NCBI GenBank assembly: GCA_035632775.1
Contig: DASQGE010000014.1
Location: 13,705-77,704, forward strand
Source of the DNA: Solirubrobacteraceae bacterium
Lineage (GTDB): Bacteria > Actinomycetota > Thermoleophilia > Solirubrobacterales > Solirubrobacteraceae
Direction: 5' to 3'
DNA: 64,000 bases
Shown here: piece by piece, positions 10,952 through 21,138 of the stretch
Layout of the letters: every line of letters begins with the position of its first letter
How positions within the stretch are numbered: the first letter of the stretch is position 1
Notes under the pieces: model-generated
What the model saw: only the letters and a program-made list of their open reading frames with translations
Told to the model about the DNA's origin: nothing
The model's database searches: none
Made by a program: the position numbers and the translations under genes

Positions 10952-11016
10952 GACATCTCTGTAACACAGCTTTCACCCACATGTTTCGCACTGCTCGCCC
11001 GCGCGCGGGCCGGATC

Positions 11017-12777
11017 TCAAACGATCTGATAGAGGGGTCCGTCGCCCCCCTCGGGCGTCGTGAGCCGGCCGCCCTTGGCGGTGATCGCGCCGCACTGGAC
11101 GCAGTTGGTGTAGTTGACGATCACGTCCACCTCGCCGTGCTCGGGCGCGTCCTCGGAAATCTCGTACACCCCCGCGGGACACATCCAGCGCCACGTTTCG
11201 GCGAGGACGCGCGGGACGTGCTTCTGGACGCGGATGTGGTTGGGCGCGTCGTCGCGGGTGGCGTTGCCGGTGATGAACACCGAGGAGAGCTTGTCGAAGG
11301 TGTACTTGCCGTCGGGCTTGGGGTAGGCGTCGGAGGTCTTGCCGAGGAACATCGGCTTGGCGTCGTTGCGGTGCAGCGCCCAGCGCCCGCCGGGGAACCG
11401 TCCCTTCGTGGCGATCATCAGGTTGACGAGCGGACCGCCCTTGATCAGACCCATCTGGAAGGGCTGACGCGTGTTGCGCTGTTCCCACAGGTCTTTGCCG
11501 ATGATCGACTCCTCGACGGCCTGCTCGTAAGACTCGAAGCTCGACTCGCCGCGCCTGAGCGCCGCGTAGATCGACTCGGCGGCGAGCATCCCGGACTTGA
11601 TCGCGTAGTGGACGCCCTTCAGCGATGCGAGGTTCATGATGCCCGCCGCGTCCCCGACGAGCGCCGCGCCGGGCATCGACAGCTTGGGCATCGCCCAGTA
11701 GCCACCCGCCGGAAGCGCCTTGGCGCCCCACGCGACGCGTTCGCCGCCCTCGAGAACCCCTCTGAAGAGCGGATGCGTCTTGATCTGCTGAAGCAGGTCG
11801 TGCGCGGAGGTGGTGGCATCCGCATAGTCGAGGTCGACGATGAAGCCGATCGAGACGAGATCCTCGCCGGTCTTCTCGTTCTTCATCGGGTACATCCACG
11901 ATCCGCCGATCTGCCCGTACTTGGCCGAGATCTTCAGCGGCCAGCCGGCGAGCGTGTGGATCACGCGGTCGAGCGGCTTGGGAACCTTCCAGACCTCCTT
12001 GACGCCGAGCTCCCACACCTGCGGCTCGCGGTTCTCGGCGAGGTCGAACTCGCGGATCGCCGCGCCCGTCAGATGCCCCCAGCAGCCCTCGGCGAGGACC
12101 GTGGCCTGCGCCTTGATGTCGGTGCCGGGCTCGAAGTTTCCGAGCGGCTCGCCGTCCTTGCCGCGACCCTTGTCGCCCGAGCGCACGCCGACGACGCGCC
12201 CGTCCTGCACGACCAGCTGCGTGGCGGCGGTCTCGGTGAGGATGTACGCGCCCGCCTCTTCGGCCTGGCGCTGCTGGAAGCGCGCCATCGCCGACACCGA
12301 GATCACCTCGTTGCCGTGGTTGTTCTGGGGCGGCGGAGGCGGGATGCGGATCTTGGTCTTGCCGTTGGGCAGGATGTAGACCGCCTCCTTGGTGACCTCG
12401 CCGAACGCGAAGCCCTCCTCGCGCCACTGCTCCCGCGTCAACTCCGGAAACAGCTCCTGCAACGGCCCTGGACGCATCACCGCTCCTGAAAGGGAGTGTC
12501 CGCCGCAGGTCTTGGCCTTCTCGATGACCGCGACGGGGACTTCGCCGAGGCGCTCCATGAGATCGCCCCCACCCGCCGCATCCTCGGCGAGCAGCTGCAG
12601 CAGCCGGTTCGCGCACGCGAGACCGGCGGTGCCTCCGCCGACGATCGCCACGCCGACCTCGATCAACTCGTCCTCGGCATCGAGGCCGTGCTTGACGAAC
12701 TCCTTCTGCGAGTCCACGGGCGGCGGGAACGCCGCCGGTATGACCCTGCCGTTGCTCGAGCCGTTATGAGATGACAT
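11017..12777 (-). CDS. ETF:quinone oxidoreductase (FixC flavoprotein with fused FixX-like ferredoxin)
   Basis: FAD motif VAIVGGGTAG, GGHSLSGAV, ELGVKEVW, LVGDAAG and C-terminal CPAGVYE..NCVQCG; directly downstream of etfA. Confidence 0.92.
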   Translation of the reverse strand: MSSHNGSSNGRVIPAAFPPPVDSQKEFVKHGLDAEDELIEVGVAIVGGGTAGLACANRLLQLLAEDAAGGGDLMERLGEVPVAVIEKAKTCGGHSLSGAVMRPGPLQELFPELTREQWREEGFAFGEVTKEAVYILPNGKTKIRIPPPPPQNNHGNEVISVSAMARFQQRQAEEAGAYILTETAATQLVVQDGRVVGVRSGDKGRGKDGEPLGNFEPGTDIKAQATVLAEGCWGHLTGAAIREFDLAENREPQVWELGVKEVWKVPKPLDRVIHTLAGWPLKISAKYGQIGGSWMYPMKNEKTGEDLVSIGFIVDLDYADATTSAHDLLQQIKTHPLFRGVLEGGERVAWGAKALPAGGYWAMPKLSMPGAALVGDAAGIMNLASLKGVHYAIKSGMLAAESIYAALRRGESSFESYEQAVEESIIGKDLWEQRNTRQPFQMGLIKGGPLVNLMIATKGRFPGGRWALHRNDAKPMFLGKTSDAYPKPDGKYTFDKLSSVFITGNATRDDAPNHIRVQKHVPRVLAETWRWMCPAGVYEISEDAPEHGEVDVIVNYTNCVQCGAITAKGGRLTTPEGGDGPLYQIV

Positions 12778-12916
12778 CGCTGAAGCACGCTCCTTTTCGC
12801 TCGCTCATCCGCATCCGCCCGTTTACAAGACCTCCGCAGGGCATCCCGCTCTGCGTCCCGACGAGAATGCTCGGCTTCCGGCCTCGCTTGACCGTTCGCG
12901 CCCCGCGCTCACTTTT

Positions 12917-13897
12917 CTAGCCGGCCTTCTTCGCCTTCACGGCCTCGGTCAGCTTCGGCAGGATCTTGTTGAGGTCGCCGACGATCCCGAGGTCGGAGAA
13001 CTCGAAGATCGGCGCGTTGGAGTCCTTGTTGATGGCGACGATGTTCTCGGAGGACTGCATCCCGACCTTGTGCTGGATCGCCCCGGAGATGCCCGCGGCG
13101 AGATACAGCTTCGGCGCGACCGTCTTGCCGGTCTGGCCGATCTGGGCCGCATACGGGTACCAGCCCGCATCGACCACGGCGCGCGTGGCGGCCACGGCGG
13201 CGTTTCCGCCGAACGCGCCCGCGAGCTCCTCGCACAGCTGGAAGCCCTCGGCCTTGCCCAGCCCGCGGCCGCCGGCGACGAGGATGTTGGCGCCCTCGAT
13301 GTCCACGTCGGCACCACGCTGTTCGCCGCGGGTGACTATCGTCGCCTGCTTGGCATGGGGGCTCAGCTCGAAGCTCAGCTGCTCTACGGGTGCATCGCCT
13401 CCACCGGTCTCCCGGATCTCGAAGGCGTTGAGGCGGCCGATGATGATCCCGACGTCGGAGCGGTACTTGATCTCGGAGATCGCCGAATCGCCCAGGATCG
13501 GGCGCTCGGCGATCAGCTCGCCGTTCTCGGCGCGCACGGATGTGACCTCCATCGCCACGCCCGCGCCGAGACGCGCGGCCAGGCCGGCGCCGATCTCGAA
13601 GCCGAGCAGGCCGCCGCCGAACAGCGCGTAGGAGTAGTCGCCGCCGGAGATCGCCGCCGCCATCGCATCGACCAGCGGTTGGGCAAGGCCCTCGGGGCCC
13701 TCGGCCACGAGCACCTTCTTGGCGCCGTAGTTGCCGAGTGACGCCGCCAGCTCCTGGGGGACGTTCTCGCCGAGCAGGATCGCGTGCGCCTCGCCGCCCA
13801 GCTCGGCGGCGAGCTTGGCGCCCTCGGAGACGGCGCCGAGCGAGTTCTTGTTGATCGCGCCCTCATAGTGCAGCGCATAGACCAGGATGTTTGCCAT
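12917..13897 (-). CDS. etfA: Electron transfer flavoprotein alpha subunit
   Basis: Motifs LVAGGRGLG, AATRAVVDAGW, QIGQTGKTVAPKLYLAAGISGAIQHKVGM and AINKDSNAPIF. Confidence 0.97.
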   Translation of the reverse strand: MANILVYALHYEGAINKNSLGAVSEGAKLAAELGGEAHAILLGENVPQELAASLGNYGAKKVLVAEGPEGLAQPLVDAMAAAISGGDYSYALFGGGLLGFEIGAGLAARLGAGVAMEVTSVRAENGELIAERPILGDSAISEIKYRSDVGIIIGRLNAFEIRETGGGDAPVEQLSFELSPHAKQATIVTRGEQRGADVDIEGANILVAGGRGLGKAEGFQLCEELAGAFGGNAAVAATRAVVDAGWYPYAAQIGQTGKTVAPKLYLAAGISGAIQHKVGMQSSENIVAINKDSNAPIFEFSDLGIVGDLNKILPKLTEAVKAKKAG

Positions 13898-13898
13898 G

Positions 13899-14036
13899 TC
13901 AGATCAACTTCTCCTTCAAAAACGGGTGGGGGCACTGGGGGAGGGCCTGCCCTCCCCCAGCTACAGAGGCGCCGAGCGAGTTCTTGTTGATCGCGCCTTC
14001 GTAGTGCAGCGCGTAGATGAGGATGTTCTTCGCCAT
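13899..14036 (-). pseudogene. 45-codon mini-ORF: diverged duplicate of the first 23 EtfA residues, a hairpin, then an EtfB-like C-terminus
   Basis: Translates as MAKNILIYALHYEGAINKNSLGA-SVAGGGQALPQCPHPF-LKEKLI*. 13968-14040 aligns with 13832-13901. Confidence 0.75.
13935..13960. repeat. Perfect 12-bp inverted repeat (hairpin)
   Basis: CTGGGGGAGGGC-CT-GCCCTCCCCCAG read directly. Confidence 0.9.
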
Positions 14037-14056
14037 GTCAGTTCACACGCTCCCTT

Positions 14057-14848
14057 TCAGATCAGCTTGCGCTCGTCGAGCCAGGCGACGATCCGCTCGA
14101 CCGTCTCGGCGGTGTCCTCGTCCTCGATGATCTCTCCGGCGGCCTTCGCGGGCGGGGCCTTCGCCGCGACCCACTGGGCGGCGGAGTTATCGCCTCCGAC
14201 CTTGCCCGCATCGACGCCCACGTCCGCGGCGGTGACGGCGTCGAGGGGCTTCTTCTTCGCGCCCATGATCGCCTTCAGCGACGGATAGCGCGGCTCGTTG
14301 ATCGCGTCGCCGACGGAGATCACCGCGGGCAGCTTGATCTGGACTGTGTCATAGCCGTACTCGGCCTGGCGCTCGCAGCGCAGCGCCTCGGGATCGACGT
14401 CCATCTTGATCACCTGCGTGAGCGAGGGCATGCCGAGGTGCTCGGCCACGACCGCGCCGATCGTGTAGCACTCGCCGTCGTCGGACTGCTGGCCGAGCAG
14501 CACCAGGTCGGGGCTCTCGCGCTCCAGCGTCTTGGCGAGGGCGTAGCCGGTGGCGGCGACGTCCGAGCCGGCGACAGCCGGGTCCGAGAGGTGCACGGAG
14601 CGGTCTGCGCCCAGCGAGACCGCCTTGTGCAGGGCGCGCACGGCGCTGTCCGGGCCCATCGTCACGGCGACGATCTCCTCGACCGGCACTGCGCCGCCCT
14701 CCTTGATCTGCATCGCCGCCTCGATGGCGTGCGTGTCATACGGGTTGAGGTTCTTCTCCCCGCTGCGGTCCATGCGCCCCGTCGAGGAATCGATCCTCTT
14801 CTCGACGGCGGCGTCCGGGACCTCCTTCACCAGGACGCATATCTTCAT
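14057..14848 (-). CDS. etfB: Electron transfer flavoprotein beta subunit
   Basis: Motifs MKICVLVKEVPD, LNPYDTHAIEAA, GADRSVHL, LGQQSDDGE and INEPRYPSLKAIMGAKKKP. Confidence 0.97.
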   Translation of the reverse strand: MKICVLVKEVPDAAVEKRIDSSTGRMDRSGEKNLNPYDTHAIEAAMQIKEGGAVPVEEIVAVTMGPDSAVRALHKAVSLGADRSVHLSDPAVAGSDVAATGYALAKTLERESPDLVLLGQQSDDGECYTIGAVVAEHLGMPSLTQVIKMDVDPEALRCERQAEYGYDTVQIKLPAVISVGDAINEPRYPSLKAIMGAKKKPLDAVTAADVGVDAGKVGGDNSAAQWVAAKAPPAKAAGEIIEDEDTAETVERIVAWLDERKLI

Positions 14849-14900
14849 TCTTGGGCTACTCCTTGGGGTCTGTTGGGGGGGATGCTACTCGTTTCAGCGG

Positions 14901-14916
14901 TTGACTGACGAGTCAA
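14901..14916. promoter_or_regulatory. Palindromic operator TTGAC-N6-GTCAA upstream of etfBA-ETF:QO
   Basis: The minus strand reads TTGACTCGTCAGTCAA, 14/16 identical to 35377-35392, and sits 18 nt upstream of a TAGCAT -10 candidate. Confidence 0.65.
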
Positions 14917-15350
14917 TCAGTCGCGACGGCGCCACGGATGAAGTCGACGATCGACTGGGTCGAGGCGCCCGGCGTGAACACCTCGGCGACCCCGAGGCGC
15001 TTCAGCTCGGGGATGTCCTCGGCGGGGATCGTGCCGCCGACGGTGACCAGGACGTCCTCGATGTCCTGGTCGCGCAGCAGCTCGACGATGCGCGGCACGA
15101 GCGTCATGTGCGCGCCCGAGAGGATCGACAGGCCGACCGCGTCGGCGTCCTCCTGGATGACCGTCTCGACGATCTGCTCCGGGGTCTGGTGCAGGCCGGT
15201 GTAGATGACCTCCATGCCGGCGTCGCGCAGCGCCCGGGCGATGATCTTCGCGCCGCGGTCGTGCCCGTCGAGGCCGGGCTTGGCCACGACTACGCGGATC
15301 TTGCCGCGGCGGGTGTCGGACGGGGGCGCCGAGGCCGTGGGCGAGGTCAT
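14913..15350 (-). CDS. Cobalamin-binding domain of a methylmalonyl/isobutyryl-CoA mutase (stand-alone small subunit)
   Basis: Motifs [41 protein letters not shown] and VGGTIP. Confidence 0.93.
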   Translation of the reverse strand: MTSPTASAPPSDTRRGKIRVVVAKPGLDGHDRGAKIIARALRDAGMEVIYTGLHQTPEQIVETVIQEDADAVGLSILSGAHMTLVPRIVELLRDQDIEDVLVTVGGTIPAEDIPELKRLGVAEVFTPGASTQSIVDFIRGAVATD

Positions 15351-15361
15351 GGTCCGGCAGA

Positions 15362-16153
15362 TTATTCCCGGGAGCCGCCCGGCGTTCCCACGTGGTCTGA
15401 GATGAGCCGCCCCACACCGCCGAGCGCGGCGGCCCCGGCAAGCCCGGCGAAGACCTTCAGGCGGCGGCCGAGTCGATCGAGGTGCAGGATCTCCCAGCCC
15501 TCGCTCAGCGCGATGCGGCGCAGGTCGGCGTCGGGGTTGACGACCACCGGGTGGCCGACGGCCCGCAGCATCGGCAGGTCGGACTCCGAGTCCGAGTAGG
15601 CGTAGGAGGAGCTCAGGTCGATCGACTCGCGCGCGGCGAGCTCGCGCACCGACAGCAGCTTGCCCTCGCGGTAGTTGAACGGACCTGCGGGCCGGCCGGT
15701 GTAGCGCCCGTCGACGATCTCCGAGCGCGAGCCGAGACCGCCGTCGAAGGCGAGCACGTGCGCGAGCAGATCCGCCATCTCCTGGGAGGCGGCGGTGACG
15801 ATGTAGACGAGCAGGCCCACGTCCTGGTGGGCGTAGGCGCGCGCGAGCATCTGCGGGTACAGGCGCGGGAGCACGCCCGCGAGCACCCGCGGAGACAGGC
15901 GCTGCAGCTCGCGGACGGGCACGCCGGCGATCATCTTGCCGACGCGCTCGCGGACCTCGTCGGCGCGGTCGTCGGTCGAGCCGCGCAGGCGGAAGCGCAG
16001 GTTCGCGTACGCGTCACGGGCGAGCCTGCGGCGCGAGATCATGCCCGACTCGTAGGCGGCGCGGGCGAAGAAGATGCCCGACGAGCCCGCCATCAGCGTC
16101 TTGTCGAGGTCGAAGAACGCCGCCGGGCGGAGAGCTCCCGGTTCGCCGGTCAT
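15362..16153 (-). CDS. HAD-IB family hydrolase (SerB-like)
   Basis: Motifs [17 protein letters not shown] and [23 protein letters not shown]. Confidence 0.9.
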   Translation of the reverse strand: MTGEPGALRPAAFFDLDKTLMAGSSGIFFARAAYESGMISRRRLARDAYANLRFRLRGSTDDRADEVRERVGKMIAGVPVRELQRLSPRVLAGVLPRLYPQMLARAYAHQDVGLLVYIVTAASQEMADLLAHVLAFDGGLGSRSEIVDGRYTGRPAGPFNYREGKLLSVRELAARESIDLSSSYAYSDSESDLPMLRAVGHPVVVNPDADLRRIALSEGWEILHLDRLGRRLKVFAGLAGAAALGGVGRLISDHVGTPGGSRE

Positions 16154-16334
16154 CTCGCCGAGATCCGGCGCCCACCGCCGATCAGCCGGCGGGCGGTCGA
16201 AGATGTGCGGTTCTTTGGGGTCGCGTCCGCGCGGGTGAGACGCCCCACGAGGCCACGGGCGCGGGACGTCCGGTCCCGCATCGACACGCGAGGCGCAGCC
16301 GGGAGCGAGCTCATGTGGATCGCTGGACGGCGCC

Positions 16335-17510
<1,176 letters not shown>

Positions 17511-17705
17511 GGATACAGGCTCTCCTGGGTCGATGAGGGAAACGGGTGGGTCGGGCAATGCTAATGGAGGCCCATCGAGAAACCCACTCGATGACCCAAC
17601 GGCCGATGGGGGCAAGCCACGACGCGTGTGCCATCACCAGAAGAGGTTGCACAGCTTGACTCCAGACAACCCAAGGGAAGCGCACCGGGTATCGTGCCCG
17701 GGTTC

Positions 17706-19199
17706 GTGCAGGTAGCCGCCACCAAACAGCCGGGCAGGGAGACCGAGGCCGACACCGTCGCCGTCGGTGTGTTCGAGGGCGAGGACCCCCCCGGCCATAC
17801 GCCCGCCGAGCTCGGCGAGCTGCTGCGCTCGGGCGAGGCGAAGCGCTCGCTGAAGGCGCTCGGCCTGGCGCATGCGGAGGGAAGGCGCTGGCTGTCGCTG
17901 GGGCTCGGCGCGCGCAAGGACTTCACGCCCGAGCGCGCGAGGGTCGCGGCTGCGGCCGCGCACACGCGCGCGCTGGAGATCTCGACTCGCGCCCTCTGCA
18001 TCCAGGCGCCGCCGGACGTCGGTCTCGACGTGGCGGGGGCGCTCACGCAGGGGGTCGTCCTCGCGGACTACCGCTTCGAGAAGCACAAGTCCACGCCGCC
18101 CGAGCCGCCCTCCGGGGAGAAGCCGCCGCCGAAGCGGCTGGAGCGCCTGATCCTCTCGCTGCCCGAGGCGTCCGGGGAGGGCGTCGAGGGCGAGTTGGAG
18201 ACACGCGTCGCCGAGGCCGCCCTCGTCGCCGAGGCCGCCAACGCCGCGCGCGAGCTGCAGAACCGGCCCGCCAACGATCTCACCCCGAGCGCGCTGGCCG
18301 AGTACGCGGTTGGGCTGGCTGCACCGATCGCGTCCCTGTCGGTCGAGATCGAGGGGCGCGCGGGAATCCACGCGCGCGGCATGGGCGCATTTGCGGCCGT
18401 CGCCCAGGGCTCCGCGCAGGAGCCGGCGCTGATCGTGCTGCGCTACGACCCTCCGAAGGGCGCCCGCGAGGGCGCCCCGGTGCTCGGCTTCGTCGGCAAG
18501 GCGGTGACGTTCGACAGCGGCGGCATCTCGCTGAAGCCGGGGGCGAAGATGGCCGAGATGAAGTTCGACATGTCCGGGGGCGCCGCCGTGATCGAGGCGG
18601 TCGCGGCGATCGCCAGGCTGGAGCTTCCGGTGAAGCTGGTGGCGGTGGTGGGCGCGACCGAGAACCTGCCGAGCGGACGGTCGGTGAAGCCCGGGGACAT
18701 CGTCACGGCGGCCAACGGGAAGACGATCGAGGTCAACAACACCGACGCCGAGGGCAGGCTCGTGCTGGCCGACTGCCTCTGCCACGCCGTCGAGCTCGGG
18801 GCGGAGCGGATCGTCGACCTGGCGACGCTCACGGGCGCGGTGATCATCGCGCTCGGCTCGACATACGCCGGACTGCTCAGCAACGACGACGAGCTCGCCG
18901 CACAGGTCCTCGGCGCCGGCGAGCGGAGCGGCGAGATCGCGTGGCGGCTGCCGCTGCACGAGGAGTACGACGAGCTGATCAAGGGCACGTACGGCGATCT
19001 GGACAACGCGCCGGAAGGGCGCAAGGCCGGCACGATCGTGGGCGCGACGTTCCTTGCGAACTTCATCGACAAGACGCCATGGGCGCACCTCGACATCGCC
19101 GGCTCGGCCTGGGATCTCGGGCGCGCATATGCGCCCAAGAGCGCGTCCGGCTACGGCGTGCGGCTGTTGGTCGAGCTGGCGCGCGCCTACTGCGCCTAG
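17706..19199 (+). CDS. pepA: Leucyl aminopeptidase (M17)
   Basis: Motifs VGKAVTFDSGGISLKP, MKFDMSG, NTDAEGRLVL, DLATLTGA and WAHLDIAG. Start uncertain (ORF open from 17628). Confidence 0.93.
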   Translation: MQVAATKQPGRETEADTVAVGVFEGEDPPGHTPAELGELLRSGEAKRSLKALGLAHAEGRRWLSLGLGARKDFTPERARVAAAAAHTRALEISTRALCIQAPPDVGLDVAGALTQGVVLADYRFEKHKSTPPEPPSGEKPPPKRLERLILSLPEASGEGVEGELETRVAEAALVAEAANAARELQNRPANDLTPSALAEYAVGLAAPIASLSVEIEGRAGIHARGMGAFAAVAQGSAQEPALIVLRYDPPKGAREGAPVLGFVGKAVTFDSGGISLKPGAKMAEMKFDMSGGAAVIEAVAAIARLELPVKLVAVVGATENLPSGRSVKPGDIVTAANGKTIEVNNTDAEGRLVLADCLCHAVELGAERIVDLATLTGAVIIALGSTYAGLLSNDDELAAQVLGAGERSGEIAWRLPLHEEYDELIKGTYGDLDNAPEGRKAGTIVGATFLANFIDKTPWAHLDIAGSAWDLGRAYAPKSASGYGVRLLVELARAYCA

Positions 19200-19226
19200 C
19201 TGCCGCGATCTGAGGAGAATGGCCCG

Positions 19227-20414
19227 ATGGACTTCGACCTCTCCCCCGACCACGAGCTGATCCGGCGCACGGTCAGGGACTTCGCCGAGGGCGAGATCGA
19301 GCCGGTCGCCGAGGAGCTCGACCGGACGAAGGCGTTCCCGTACGAGATCGTGCGCAAGCTCGGCGAGCTGAACCTGATGGGGATCCCGTTCCCGCTCGAG
19401 TACGGCGGCGGCGGCGGGGATACGCTGGCGTACGCGCTGGCGATCGAGGAGCTCGCGAGGGTGGACTCCTCGGTGGCGATCACCGTGTGCGCCCACACGT
19501 CGCTGGGGACGCAGCCGATCTACCTGTTCGGCAGCGAGGACCAGAAGCGGAAGTGGCTGCCGCAGCTGTGCTCCGGCGAAAGGCTGGGCGCTTTCGGGCT
19601 GACCGAGCCGGATGCCGGCAGCGACGCGGGCAACACGCGCACCCGCGCGCGGCTGGACGGCGAGGAGTGGGTGGTGGACGGCGCCAAGCAGTTCATCACC
19701 AACGCCGGGACCGAGATCTCGGGGATGGTGTGCATCACGGCCGTGACCGGCGAGACGCCGGCGAATGAGACGGCGGACGAAGGGGGCGTCGCGGCGAGCG
19801 GGGGCGGGAAGGAGATCTCGAACATCATCGTCTCCAACGGGACACCCGGCTACGAGCAGGGCGAGCCGTACCGGAAGATGGGCTGGCACGCGTCGGACAC
19901 GCGGCCGCTGACGTTCACCGACTGCAGGGTTCCCTCAGAGAACCTGCTGGGACCGCGGGGACAGGGGTTCAGGCAGTTCCTGCACATCCTCGACATCGGC
20001 CGGATCGGAGTCGCGGCGATGGGCGTGGGGCTCGCGCAGGGGGCGCTCGCGCAGGCGCTGAGCTACGCGAAGGAGCGCAAGGCGTTCGGCAGGCCGATCT
20101 CGAAGTTCCAGGCGATCCAGGCCAAGCTCGCGGACATGTCGGTCGAGATCGAGGCGGCGCGGATGCTGGTGCACAAGGCTGCGCTCCAGAAGGACGCGAA
20201 CCGCAGCTTCACGCTGACCGCCGCCCAGGCCAAGCTGAAGACGGGCCGCCTGGCGGTTCGCTGCGCGGAGGAGGCCGTGCAGATACACGGCGGCTACGGC
20301 TACATCGAGGAGTACCCCGTGTGCCGCTTCTACCGCGACGCCAAGATCCTCACGATCGGCGAGGGCACCGACGAGGTCCAGCAGATGGTGATCGCCCGCG
20401 CGCTCGGGGCGTAG
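19227..20414 (+). CDS. Acyl-CoA dehydrogenase (short/branched-chain type)
   Basis: Motifs AFGLTEPDAGSDA, GAKQFITN, GRIGVAA, FGRPISKFQAIQ, QIHGGYGYIEEY and IGEGTDEV. Confidence 0.95.
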   Translation: MDFDLSPDHELIRRTVRDFAEGEIEPVAEELDRTKAFPYEIVRKLGELNLMGIPFPLEYGGGGGDTLAYALAIEELARVDSSVAITVCAHTSLGTQPIYLFGSEDQKRKWLPQLCSGERLGAFGLTEPDAGSDAGNTRTRARLDGEEWVVDGAKQFITNAGTEISGMVCITAVTGETPANETADEGGVAASGGGKEISNIIVSNGTPGYEQGEPYRKMGWHASDTRPLTFTDCRVPSENLLGPRGQGFRQFLHILDIGRIGVAAMGVGLAQGALAQALSYAKERKAFGRPISKFQAIQAKLADMSVEIEAARMLVHKAALQKDANRSFTLTAAQAKLKTGRLAVRCAEEAVQIHGGYGYIEEYPVCRFYRDAKILTIGEGTDEVQQMVIARALGA

Positions 20415-20427
20415 GAGGCTGTCTCAA

Positions 20428-20500
20428 CGCCGGCAGCTGCGGTGACCGGCGCCGACGGCAGCCGACGCAGCAACAGGCTCACGGGTCTCCCGCAAAAGCC
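20428..20500 (-). repeat. Dispersed bipartite intergenic repeat, copy 1
   Basis: Blocks GGGAGACCCGTGAGCC (16/16) and CGGCGCCGGTCACCGCAGCYGCCGGCG (26/27) match 47936-47998. Confidence 0.8.
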
Positions 20501-20546
20501 CGCACCCGGACACGCGAAACCGGCTGCAGCCTCGCCGCGCGGTCTC

Positions 20547-20999
20547 TCAGCGCCCTTCCAGCACCACCAGCGGGATCTCCCGCTCGGTGCGCCGGCGGTA
20601 GGCTTCGTAGCCGCCGTAGACGCCGACGACCAGCGGCCACAGGCGCTTGCGCTCCTCGGGGTCCGCCACGCGCGCGTGCACCTCGCGCCGGCGCGAGCCG
20701 ACCTGGACGGTCGTGTCGGGGTTGGCCACGAGGTTGTGAAACCAGGCCGGGTTCTTCGGATAGCCGCCCTTGGAGGCGACGAGCACGAGGTTCTCGCCGT
20801 CGACCCCATAGACGAGCGGGCTGGTGCGCCGCTTCCCGCTCCTGGCGCCGACGTGGTCGAGCAGCAGCACGGGCGGCGCGCCGGGAAAGCGGTGACCGAT
20901 CAGGCCGTGGCTGGCCCGGTAGATCGTCGCGTGGCCGCCCATCAACCGTCGCAGCAACGGCCAGTTGCGGTCGGCCCAGCTCAGGTAGTCGATCGCCAT
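20547..20999 (-). CDS. F420H2-dependent (deazaflavin) nitroreductase-family oxidoreductase, Ddn-like
   Basis: Motifs LLLDHVGARSGKRRTSPL, VASKGG..KNPAWFHNLVANP and YRRRTEREIPLVVL. Confidence 0.92.
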   Translation of the reverse strand: MAIDYLSWADRNWPLLRRLMGGHATIYRASHGLIGHRFPGAPPVLLLDHVGARSGKRRTSPLVYGVDGENLVLVASKGGYPKNPAWFHNLVANPDTTVQVGSRRREVHARVADPEERKRLWPLVVGVYGGYEAYRRRTEREIPLVVLEGR

Positions 21000-21138
21000 C
21001 GTGGCGCAATCTACCGGCAAGACGCGTCGACCGGCGGGCTGTATAGTTCCGGGCTGGTCCTGGGCCGCGTCTCTCGGGCGTGTGGAGGGGCGCCCTGGAC
21101 AGCTGGCGGCGAACTGGGCAAGGAAGGGGTTCGACCTG

